From contig JBAYKX010000023.1 of NCBI GenBank assembly GCA_041664345.1, forward strand, positions 10,558-74,557: a stretch of 64,000 nt of DNA, given 5' to 3'. Both the position numbers and the translations under genes were made by a program. Under the pieces are notes generated by a model, which was given only the letters and a program-made list of their open reading frames with translations, was not told where the DNA came from and searched no databases. Source of the DNA: Salinivirgaceae bacterium. Lineage in GTDB: Bacteria > Bacteroidota > Bacteroidia > Bacteroidales > SZUA-534. This document shows positions 45,231-54,278 of this stretch, one piece after another. Numbering within the stretch: position 1 is the stretch's first letter; every line of letters begins with the position of its first letter.

Positions 45231-48200
45231 ATGAAGAAATTTTCGATGCTTTTTGTTTGCTTAGCCATGCTGGGCGTACAATTAGTAAATGCGCAACAAA
45301 AAACTATTACCGGTAAAGTTACCTCATCGGAGGATGGTAGCACGGTACCCGGTGTTTCAGTGGCTGTAAAAGGTACAACTTTGGGAACCATCACTAACAT
45401 GGATGGCCAATACTCGTTAAGTGTGCCAGAAAATGCAACCATTTTGGTGTTCTCTTTTGTAGGGATGACCTCAAAAGAAGTCCCTATAGGAGCATCCAAT
45501 GTTATTGACGTGAGTATGGTGCCCGGAGTATTCAGTGTTGATGAAGTAGTTGTTACTGCTTTGGGTATATCCCGCGAAAAGAAATCGCTTGGGTATTCGG
45601 TGCAAGAAATTGCCGGAGATGATGTAAACAACGTGAAGTCCCCGAGTTTTGTAAATTCACTTGCGGGTAAAGTAGCTGGTCTTAAAGTAAAAGCTAATAA
45701 TAACATGGGCGGTTCATCCGATGTAATTATTCGCGGTTCAAATTCTTTATTTGGCAACAACCAGGCGTTGTTTGTTATTGATGGAGTACCTGTTGATAAC
45801 TCAAACACGAATCCATCGTCGCAAACAAGCGGCCGCAACGGGTTCGACTATGGTAATGCCGCCAACGACATTAACCCAAACGATATTGAAAGTATGAGTG
45901 TACTTAAAGGCGCTGCTGCAACGGCTCTTTATGGTTCAAGGGCTGCCAATGGTGTTATTCTTATTACTACAAAAAAAGGGAGTAAAAGTGAAAAGGGTGG
46001 TGCTTTAGGAGTTAGTCTTAGCTCAAATGTTACTATTGGTGTAATTGATAGAAGCACTTTTCCTGAATACCAAGACAAGTATGGTGCAGGTTATGGGCCA
46101 TATTATGCTTCAGCCGATGGCTATTTTGATGAAGAGGATCCTTTTGGAGATGGGGTCGGTTTATGTGTGCCTTATTATGATGATGCTTCGTATGGCGGTA
46201 TTCTCGATGGCAAATTGGTGTATCAATGGGATGCTTTCCACCCAGAATCACCTAACTATGGAAAACTGACGCCTTATGTAGCACATATTGACGATAAAAC
46301 AGGGCCATTAAGCTTTTTCAATAATTCAGTGGGTTTAACCAACAGTATTGATGTTAGTGGAGCTACCGACAGAGCTACTTATAGGCTTTCGTACACAAAC
46401 CTTGACCAAACAGGTATTATGCCGAATAGTTCTTTAAAAAAGAATAATTATACCTTCAACGGTTCTTATGACATTACTAAAAATTTAAAGCTTTCATCAT
46501 CGGCCACCTATAACAACACTAGAGGTAAAGGGCGCATGGAAACGGGTTACAACGATAATATTATGTCGAGTTTCAGGCAATGGCACCAAGTTAATGTGGA
46601 CATATCGATGCAAAAGAAAATGTATGAATTAACTGGCGAAAATGTCACCTGGAATAGAAAGAGCTATGAAAACGGTGAACCAAATTTTTGGGATAACCCA
46701 TATTGGCTCCGGTACGAAAATTATGAAACCGATGAAAGAAACCGCTTGATAGGCTATAGCCAATTGGATTGGAAAGCTACCGAATACTTGAGTTTTATGG
46801 GAAGGGCTTCTATTGATACATACAACGAGCTGCAAGAAGAGCGCAAGGCTGTGGGTTCAAAAGCCGGTGAATTTGGAGTTGGAATTGGTGGTGTCCGCAC
46901 CGACGTTGCTTCGGGCTATTCCCGATTCCAAAGGACGTGGATGGAGACAAATGTTGATGTATTGGCCAAATTTAACAAAAACCTAGGTGAAGATTTAAAC
47001 CTGAACGCTATTGTTGGAACCAACATCCGCAGGAGCAAAATGGATAGGGTGTTTGCGTCAACCAATGGTGGCTTGGCAATTCCTAACTTGTATTCATTAA
47101 ACAATAGTGCCGACCCTATGTTGCCTCCTGAGGAACGACTTGAATTAATCGGGGTTAATGGTATTTTTGGCAGCTTATCGGTAGGTTATAAGAATATGTT
47201 GTTTGTTGACGCTACGCTACGCAGGGATCAATCATCAACACTTCCTGCCAAAGATAATTCCTATTTGTATCCATCTGTTTCAACAAGTTTTATTTTCTCA
47301 AATTTGGTTGATTTTAGTTGGTTGAGTTTAGGTAAAATACGGGCCAATTATGCTGAGGTTGGTAACGATGCTCCCGCACTTAGGGTAAAGGACACTTATC
47401 GGGGAAAAGCCCCAATGGGTACTTCACTGGCCTATGTGTTCGATGTTAAAAACAATCCCGATTTGAAGAGCGAAAGAGCAAAAAGCTGGGAATTGGGGTT
47501 GGATATGAATTTCTTCAAAAGCAGGTTAGGTTTTGATTTTGCTTATTATAAAACAAATACCATCAACCAGTTAATTCCGCTCGATATTTCAGCGGCAACG
47601 GGTTATCTCTCAAAATGGATTAATGCCGGTGAGATTCAAAACAACGGTTTGGAATTATCATTATTTGCAACACCTTACAAAACCAACGATTTTAAATGGG
47701 ACGTGGTTTTAAACTGGTCAAAAAATACGAGTAAGGTATTGGAATTATATGTTGATGAATCGGGTAATAAAGTTACCAATTTGCAAATAGCTTCGCTTCA
47801 AGGCAGCGTGTCAATAAATGCTAGGGTTGGCGAAGCTTATGGTAGCATACATGGTACCGATTATTTATATACCCCCGATGGCAAAAGAATTGTTGAGGGC
47901 GGATATTGGGCACAATCGGCCGGTTCCGATGAGGTAATTGGCAATGTGAATCCCGATTGGATTGGCGGCATTAATAATGCTTTTACTTATAAAGATTTGA
48001 CACTTAGTTTTTTAATTGATTGGCAAAAAGGTGGCGATGTTTTTTCGCTCGACAAGTATTATGGCGATGGAACAGGTATTTATAAAGAAAGTGCTGCAAA
48101 TAATGAGTTAGGGAATCCAAAAAGAGATCCCATAACTTGGATTGATGAAAATGACCCCTTATTAGGGTATGCAGCCAACAGTGGCGGTATTTTGCTCGAT

Positions 48201-48557
48201 GGTGTTGTTGACGATGGAACCGGCGTTTATGTGCCTAACACAGAGCGAATCGATGGAAATACATATTACACCGAGGGTTCGGAATCGGATCCTGCCAAAA
48301 AATATGTTTACGATGCTTCATTTGTTAAGCTCCGCGAAGTGGTTTTAACATATAACCTTCCTAAAAAAATAATGGAAAAAACGTTTATTGAAGGGGCATC
48401 GTTAAGTTTTGTTGGTTCAAATTTATGGATAATCCATAAGAACCTTCCTTATGCCGATCCTGAGGCTTCTCAGAGCAATGGAAATACCCAAGGATGGCAA
48501 AGTGGCGTTTTGCCAACAACCCGAAACTATGGATTCAGTATCAAACTTCAATTTTAA
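45231..48557 (+). CDS. SusC/RagA-family TonB-dependent outer-membrane transporter
   Basis: Signal peptide, CarboxypepD_reg-like N-terminal domain, plug region (VVVTALGISREKKSLGYSVQEI), 1108 aa, and a terminal ...YGFSIKLQF. Confidence 0.9.
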   Translation: MKKFSMLFVCLAMLGVQLVNAQQKTITGKVTSSEDGSTVPGVSVAVKGTTLGTITNMDGQYSLSVPENATILVFSFVGMTSKEVPIGASNVIDVSMVPGVFSVDEVVVTALGISREKKSLGYSVQEIAGDDVNNVKSPSFVNSLAGKVAGLKVKANNNMGGSSDVIIRGSNSLFGNNQALFVIDGVPVDNSNTNPSSQTSGRNGFDYGNAANDINPNDIESMSVLKGAAATALYGSRAANGVILITTKKGSKSEKGGALGVSLSSNVTIGVIDRSTFPEYQDKYGAGYGPYYASADGYFDEEDPFGDGVGLCVPYYDDASYGGILDGKLVYQWDAFHPESPNYGKLTPYVAHIDDKTGPLSFFNNSVGLTNSIDVSGATDRATYRLSYTNLDQTGIMPNSSLKKNNYTFNGSYDITKNLKLSSSATYNNTRGKGRMETGYNDNIMSSFRQWHQVNVDISMQKKMYELTGENVTWNRKSYENGEPNFWDNPYWLRYENYETDERNRLIGYSQLDWKATEYLSFMGRASIDTYNELQEERKAVGSKAGEFGVGIGGVRTDVASGYSRFQRTWMETNVDVLAKFNKNLGEDLNLNAIVGTNIRRSKMDRVFASTNGGLAIPNLYSLNNSADPMLPPEERLELIGVNGIFGSLSVGYKNMLFVDATLRRDQSSTLPAKDNSYLYPSVSTSFIFSNLVDFSWLSLGKIRANYAEVGNDAPALRVKDTYRGKAPMGTSLAYVFDVKNNPDLKSERAKSWELGLDMNFFKSRLGFDFAYYKTNTINQLIPLDISAATGYLSKWINAGEIQNNGLELSLFATPYKTNDFKWDVVLNWSKNTSKVLELYVDESGNKVTNLQIASLQGSVSINARVGEAYGSIHGTDYLYTPDGKRIVEGGYWAQSAGSDEVIGNVNPDWIGGINNAFTYKDLTLSFLIDWQKGGDVFSLDKYYGDGTGIYKESAANNELGNPKRDPITWIDENDPLLGYAANSGGILLDGVVDDGTGVYVPNTERIDGNTYYTEGSESDPAKKYVYDASFVKLREVVLTYNLPKKIMEKTFIEGASLSFVGSNLWIIHKNLPYADPEASQSNGNTQGWQSGVLPTTRNYGFSIKLQF

Positions 48558-48570
48558 AAAAAAATAAAAA

Positions 48571-50043
48571 ATGAAAAATAAATATATAATAGTATTTGTA
48601 TTAACGGTCTTACTATTTTCTTGTACTGATAATTTTGAGGACTATAATACCGATAAAAAAAACCCTGAAGCAGTTGCAGGTGAGATGTTGTTTAGTAATG
48701 CTCAGAAAGAACTATCCGACCAATTGAGTTCAACCAGTGTGAACCAGAATGTGTTTAAGCTTTGGGCGCAATATTGGACTGAAACCCAATATACCGAAGA
48801 ATCAAACTATAACATTGTAAAAAGGACACAGCCCGATTGGAAGTTCCGTGTTTATTATCGTCAGATTTTAACCGACTTGCAAGAATCAAAAAAGCTTATT
48901 GCTCAAGCTGTGCCGCTCACTGAGGAAGAAAGGTTTGAAAATGCAAATAAGATTGAGATAATTGAGATGCTCACTGTATTTGCATACCAAAACTTAGTTG
49001 ATATTTTTGGTATGGTTCCTTATTCCGAGGCTCTGGATATCGATAATTTATATCCTGCTTATGATGATGGCCTCACTATTTATAGAGATTTAATTGTAAG
49101 GTTAGATGCTGCCATTGCTGGTATGGATGCAACGCATGGCAGTTTTAGCGCTACCGAAGATTTCTATTATCATGGAAATGTAAATGCTTGGATTAAATTT
49201 GCCAATACCCTGAAAATCAAACTTGCCATTAATTTATCGGATGTTGACCTTACTCTTGCTGGAGCTACAATTACAAGTGCCCTTGCTGGTGAAGGGGTAT
49301 TTACGTCGAGCATTGATGATGCAACAATGACTTATAAATCGGCGGTTCCAAATACAAATCCATTGTATGTTGATATAGTTTTATCGGGCCGCGATGACTT
49401 TGTTCCAGCAAATACATTGATTGATACCATGAATGCTTTGAATGATCCGCGCAGAGCCCAATATTTTACTTTGCATGATACTTCATCGGTAAATGGTGTT
49501 GAAAAATTAGCTTATGTAGGCGGTCGTTTTGGTTATACCAATTCCTATTTAAATTATTCCCACATTAATCCAAACATATACAAAGCTGAGGCTCCCGGTT
49601 TAATATTGACCTATACCGAATTGCTGTTTTATTTAGCTGAAGCCGCTGAACGTGGGTTCACTGTTCCGCTATCTGCTGAGGAATATTACAATGATGGTAT
49701 TGTTTCATCGTTCGATTTTTGGGGTGCCACCGATGTTGCTACCTATTTAGCAAACCCTGATGTAGCTTACTCAACCGCACCCGGTACGTGGAAAGAGAAA
49801 ATCTGTCTTCAATCATGGTTAGCTTTTTATACCAGAGGCGATGTAGCTTGGAATACTTACCGTAGATTAGATGGTTTAAAAATGAACATACCACGGCGGC
49901 CAAAAACTTTGGATGGATTGCCTCCAAGAAGGTTCACATTCCCCATTCAAGAACAATCATTGAATAAAGGAAAATACGACTTAGCCGCCGAAGCTGTGGG
50001 TGGCGATTTTTTGGAAACCCGAATCTTTTGGGATCTGCAATAA
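48571..50043 (+). CDS. SusD/RagB-family nutrient-binding lipoprotein
   Basis: Lipobox LLFSCTD. It lies immediately downstream of the SusC-like gene. The 490 aa length and TPR-like helical composition are typical. Confidence 0.85.
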   Translation: MKNKYIIVFVLTVLLFSCTDNFEDYNTDKKNPEAVAGEMLFSNAQKELSDQLSSTSVNQNVFKLWAQYWTETQYTEESNYNIVKRTQPDWKFRVYYRQILTDLQESKKLIAQAVPLTEEERFENANKIEIIEMLTVFAYQNLVDIFGMVPYSEALDIDNLYPAYDDGLTIYRDLIVRLDAAIAGMDATHGSFSATEDFYYHGNVNAWIKFANTLKIKLAINLSDVDLTLAGATITSALAGEGVFTSSIDDATMTYKSAVPNTNPLYVDIVLSGRDDFVPANTLIDTMNALNDPRRAQYFTLHDTSSVNGVEKLAYVGGRFGYTNSYLNYSHINPNIYKAEAPGLILTYTELLFYLAEAAERGFTVPLSAEEYYNDGIVSSFDFWGATDVATYLANPDVAYSTAPGTWKEKICLQSWLAFYTRGDVAWNTYRRLDGLKMNIPRRPKTLDGLPPRRFTFPIQEQSLNKGKYDLAAEAVGGDFLETRIFWDLQ

Positions 50044-50052
50044 ATGAAATTT

Positions 50053-50106
50053 AAAAAAAGGCTGCCTATTTAGACTATTGAGTCTTAATTAGGCAGCCTT
50101 TTTTTG
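50053..50106 (+). terminator. Rho-independent terminator after susD-like gene
   Basis: Long imperfect hairpin aggctgcctatttagac / gtcttaattaggcagcct flanked by an A-run and a T-run. Confidence 0.75.
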
Positions 50107-50109
50107 TAA

Positions 50110-50293
50110 CAAAGAAATCGCTCCTAAAAAATCCCGTTAGGGATTTAATATGAATAGCCCTGGGTTTCAACCCAGGGATCAAGTTTTCATGGTATAAAAT
50201 CGGCGCAAGCACTACCGTTTAATTGAAATTGTAAAGAAACCATGCGCTGAAAACGGGAATTAAAAATTGAAATTTTCCCAAGCGATTTCTCTG
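50110..50293 (-). mobile_element. MITE-like element, family A, copy 2 (184 bp, inverted)
   Basis: Aligns along its whole length with the reverse complement of 17607-17788. Termini caaagaaatcgct / agcgatttctctg. The hairpin stems differ from copy 1 by paired (compensatory) substitutions. Confidence 0.75.
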
Positions 50294-50351
50294 GCCTAAA
50301 AAGACTTCTTAGTCTTATTTAGGCAGCCCTTTTTGTCCGCAAAATTTTTAC

Positions 50352-52325
50352 CTATTGCTTAACAAACGTGGCTTTTGAAATACCACTATTTGTTTCAATA
50401 GATATTAAATACATGCCAGCTTCTAAATCGGTTACATCAATACTAGCTTTCTCATTATCAATGTTTTTGCTAAGCACCAATTGACCCATACTGTTATAAA
50501 TATGGGCAGTCTGAATTATTTCACCCGTTAATTCAACCTCCAATTGGTTAGATGCTGGATTTGGATAAATTGAAAAATTGACCTTTTTAGAATCTCCAAC
50601 TGAAATGTATTCCGAAAATTCCAATCTATCAATACTAAAGGTAGGAATAGCTTTAATGTTCAGTCTTATAATTTGCTGTCCTTGTGTCATATTAATAGTA
50701 ACAGTTACCGGTTGCATTGCGGTTGAACTGGTGGTTTTAGGTGCCGTTATTAATGGGGAAGAAACCGAACCAATTTTTAATTGCATTTTACCGCCGCCAG
50801 AGGTTGAGGCTAAATATGCTGTAACCGAATAAGTACCTGTTTTAGCAACATCCACGGTATATTCCAGCCATTCGCCCACTTCTACATTATAAACATAATA
50901 CATGGCGTCCGATTTTTTAATATCAACCCCATCGGTACGGTAAACACCACCTTCGTTTACAAAGTCAATATCGTGAAAGGTCAATAATTCGCCGCCGGTA
51001 TCATAGTTTTCGGCTTCTAAAACGCCGGGAATAGGAATAGGGGTTCCAGAGTAAGCAGAACGTTCCGTGCCAATCCTGAATAATTTCATTGGATACGATG
51101 GGATTGTATCCTGGGTATAAACATCCACAATACGGTAATAGCTATCTTTGAATGGCTCCGTGTTACGGTCAATGAAAGTAGTTCCCGATGTTTGTTTCAA
51201 TTCTCCAATAACGGCAAAAACGGTATTCAGCATCTTTTTTTCAACCAAAACTTTCTCAAGTAAACCGGCGCTGGCCCGGCTGGTCCACGAAACCTGAATG
51301 GCGGTGTCATCCACGGTAGTTAGTTTCACAGCGGTTATCGATGAATCGGATGCATGAATTAAAATATCTTTCATGTCGTTCCATTTGGCATTTTTCCGCT
51401 GCAATACCTGAAACCAGCCATCATCGTCCCATACGGTAAAGGCAAAACCATGTTTTAATGCTTGTTCCGTATAAGTGGCATAGTAAAACATCCGGGAATT
51501 ATAATCGCAATCCCACATGGCTCCAAATTCACCAATCAGTACTGGAATGTTGTGCGTCTGTGACCAAGTTTTAACACCAGCCATTTGATTTATCATGGCA
51601 TTTACGTCGCTCGTACTGCCCCAAATGCCGGTACTTTCTCCAGCAAAAGCCCAAGGGTCATACGAGTGGTAATTTCCTATTAAATAGGGATCATCTGTAT
51701 TTGGAATAGCGGCAGCTTTTAAATCAGCTGAGCTGCTCCATCCAGCTCCTGAATAAATAACCAGTCTGGTTGGATTTGCTTTGCGTATAATTCCCAAAAC
51801 ACGTGCATTCAATTCATCCACTTGCGCTACAGTTATTGCCCCATGTGGTTCATTTAAAATTTCGAATAGTAATTTTTCTGATTTATCCTTGAATCGATCG
51901 GCAATTTGGACCCAAAGCGAATCAAACCGGGCTTTTTGCCCGGCATAATCATCTTTTATCCAGCTGTCGTGGTGGGCATTAATAATTACAAATAAATCAC
52001 GGTCAAGACCCCAATTCACAATCTCTTCGACCCTATTTAAAAACGTAGCGTTAATAGTATAGGGCGAAGTGGACGAAAGATGATTGCCCCATGTAACAGG
52101 AACGCGTACGGTTTTAAATCCGGCTTCTTTATACATATCAGAATAATACTCCTGAGCCTTGCCTGCCCATTCACCTTCATTGGGTGCATCCAACGTATTA
52201 CCCATATTTATGCCACGCTCCATGGCCACAATTGCTTGTTGCGCTGTTATTTGTGCTTGTATGCTTATGGTACAAACAAGCATTGCCATTAAAATGGTAC
52301 TTCTTTTTGTTGTAGTATTTTTCAT
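50352..52325 (-). CDS. GH5 endoglucanase/glycanase with CBM6-like module and T9SS C-terminal domain
   Basis: GH5 acid/base LLFEILNEPH and nucleophile region LIGEFGA. A CBM6-like segment (LEAENYDTGG...YRTDGVDI). C-terminal FSIYPNPASNQLEVEL sorting domain. Confidence 0.85.
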   Translation of the reverse strand: MKNTTTKRSTILMAMLVCTISIQAQITAQQAIVAMERGINMGNTLDAPNEGEWAGKAQEYYSDMYKEAGFKTVRVPVTWGNHLSSTSPYTINATFLNRVEEIVNWGLDRDLFVIINAHHDSWIKDDYAGQKARFDSLWVQIADRFKDKSEKLLFEILNEPHGAITVAQVDELNARVLGIIRKANPTRLVIYSGAGWSSSADLKAAAIPNTDDPYLIGNYHSYDPWAFAGESTGIWGSTSDVNAMINQMAGVKTWSQTHNIPVLIGEFGAMWDCDYNSRMFYYATYTEQALKHGFAFTVWDDDGWFQVLQRKNAKWNDMKDILIHASDSSITAVKLTTVDDTAIQVSWTSRASAGLLEKVLVEKKMLNTVFAVIGELKQTSGTTFIDRNTEPFKDSYYRIVDVYTQDTIPSYPMKLFRIGTERSAYSGTPIPIPGVLEAENYDTGGELLTFHDIDFVNEGGVYRTDGVDIKKSDAMYYVYNVEVGEWLEYTVDVAKTGTYSVTAYLASTSGGGKMQLKIGSVSSPLITAPKTTSSTAMQPVTVTINMTQGQQIIRLNIKAIPTFSIDRLEFSEYISVGDSKKVNFSIYPNPASNQLEVELTGEIIQTAHIYNSMGQLVLSKNIDNEKASIDVTDLEAGMYLISIETNSGISKATFVKQ

Positions 52326-52763
52326 TTAAGTATATAATTGTGTGATTAAATTGTTTGTTTACATTAATAACAAAACTAGCAATTAATAGCAAATTAAATA
52401 TTATCCCCAACCTAATTGGTGTCATGAACTTTTATGATATCGGTTTAGAAGGTAAAACGTATATTTAAACGAGCAGCATGTGTGATGGATTATGGGTGTG
52501 AGTAAAAACACAAAGAAACCATAAAAAGGGAAAACTGTCGTACACTCCTGATTTTGTTAAAATGAAATCATATATTTGTTTTTATTCTATATTTGGTAAG
52601 CGTTTAATGTTACCATTTTGAGTTACCTTAAAAAGCAACAACTAAATGCTAAATATCAGCACCCTAGGAGCTTTTATACTTAATAATAAGTGAAATTGTG
52701 CAGGGGGTGCTTTTATTTATAAGTTGGCAGTAAATTCCGTTTATTATTTAGCATTATTTTAAA

Positions 52764-53816
52764 ATGAGAAATATCACAATGCTTATTGCATGTATAATTA
52801 TTATTAATTCTTGTGCACATTATAAAATGGTAAAAAAACAAGATTCTTCAAAAACGGACTCAGAACAGATTGATGGAATTGTAAAACTTGATTCTTTGGA
52901 TATTTTCAGACTTAATTGTGGACAACCTATTGGACCAAATTGGAAAATGGATATTGGAGGAACTTGGGATGCCTCATATATAAATTATGTAAAAAGCGGG
53001 ACTGTAAAAAAAGAATTGTCCATTTTGATTTTTGCTTCAGATGAAAAGGATGTTACAGACGAATCTATTCAAAATAAGGCAATATCAAGATTTCCTACAC
53101 TTTCAAAAATTGACGACCGCTTTATTACAATGGATTATGGAGCTAAAGCATTTGTATTTAAAGGACAATCGAAGCCAATTGGAAATGAAACGAATTATAT
53201 TTATTCAATACTTTCTTATGCAAATAACGTAGAATATAATATAACTTTAAGTTGTTATTCAAGACCAGTTGAACTAGATAAGGAAATGTCATTGATACTA
53301 AAATACATAGAAATACTAAAAGAATCGAATGTTGAAAATATTGAGAAAGAAATTGAAAGCATTGACTTTAAAACAAAACAGGAATGTTTAGAACTTCAAA
53401 AAATGGAATTTGGTCAGCCATTTGGTGAAGATTGGCACAAAGATATTCAGGAGTCTTCGGGATTTTTAGTTTTAAATTATGTAAAAAGAGCTCCAATTAA
53501 AAAGGAGTTATCGATTTTAATTATTAAATCCGATAAAAGGGATATATCTTTGGAATCTGTTCAAAATAGAGCAATTTCTAAAATTCTAAGTTTATCTATG
53601 GTAGAAGAAAAAGACATCTCGTCTGATTTTGGAGTAAATGCTTTTGTCTTTAAAGGTCAATCCAAATTATCCAATGATAAAGTCAATAACTTTTTCTCAA
53701 TTCTTGCCAATGCAAATGGATTTGAGTATAATATTGTATTGAGCTGTTATTCCAAACCTGTTGAACTTGACGAAGAGTTGTTAGAAATCTTAAAATTTAT
53801 AAAAATTAAAGAATAA
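52764..53816 (+). CDS. Hypothetical lipoprotein-like protein made of two tandem ~150-aa homologous halves
   Basis: Halves align: ...GQPIGPNWKMDI...KKELSILIFASDEKDVTDESIQNKAISR...GAKAFVFKGQSKP...YNITLSCYSRPVELDKE versus ...GQPFGEDWHKDI...KKELSILIIKSDKRDISLESVQNRAISK...GVNAFVFKGQSKL...YNIVLSCYSKPVELDEE. I recognise no family. Confidence 0.5.
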   Translation: MRNITMLIACIIIINSCAHYKMVKKQDSSKTDSEQIDGIVKLDSLDIFRLNCGQPIGPNWKMDIGGTWDASYINYVKSGTVKKELSILIFASDEKDVTDESIQNKAISRFPTLSKIDDRFITMDYGAKAFVFKGQSKPIGNETNYIYSILSYANNVEYNITLSCYSRPVELDKEMSLILKYIEILKESNVENIEKEIESIDFKTKQECLELQKMEFGQPFGEDWHKDIQESSGFLVLNYVKRAPIKKELSILIIKSDKRDISLESVQNRAISKILSLSMVEEKDISSDFGVNAFVFKGQSKLSNDKVNNFFSILANANGFEYNIVLSCYSKPVELDEELLEILKFIKIKE

Positions 53817-54090
53817 AATCTACTGCCAATAAATAGGGGTTTAAGTGGCACTTAGTGCCAAGCGATAACCACCGGTTGAACTACATCAAATGGATTTTAA
53901 AGAAGTGTTATTTTTTCAATGGACTAATCAACCTACCTATGTTGCATAAATAAAAAGGTGGATAAAGGAAATGGGCTATAAATTGAAAATAGTTTCATAA
54001 AGGATAAGGTATAAAATTTATTCAAATTGAAAGAAAAAAATCTTATAATAGTTCTTTTTTTTTGTATAGTAAATAATGCCAATGTTGGAA

Positions 54091-54136
54091 AAACTATCCC
54101 GTTAGCGATTTAGTTCAACATGCGGTATAAAAATTG
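54091..54136 (-). repeat. Possible degenerate remnant of MITE family A
   Basis: atcccgttagcgattta..gttcaac..atgcggtataaaa resembles aatcccgttagggattta...gggtttcaaccc...catggtataaaa of copy 2, with internal deletions. Confidence 0.3.
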
Positions 54137-54278
54137 CCAATCAGTAGGTTATTCAAGTCCCGATCCTGTGACCTCTGGAGGGACAAGCTAAGAAAACACT
54201 TAGTTAAGTTGTTTTCTTTGAAATTTGAAGTTTTCTATGAAACACTAATTAATATATTTTTAAACCAAAGAACTTATA

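Noticed and set aside
45215-45838. 207-aa ORF antisense to the 5' end of the SusC-like gene
   Set aside because: It fully overlaps a very well supported gene on the other strand. Its Thr/Ser/Pro-rich composition is typical of antisense frames of such genes.
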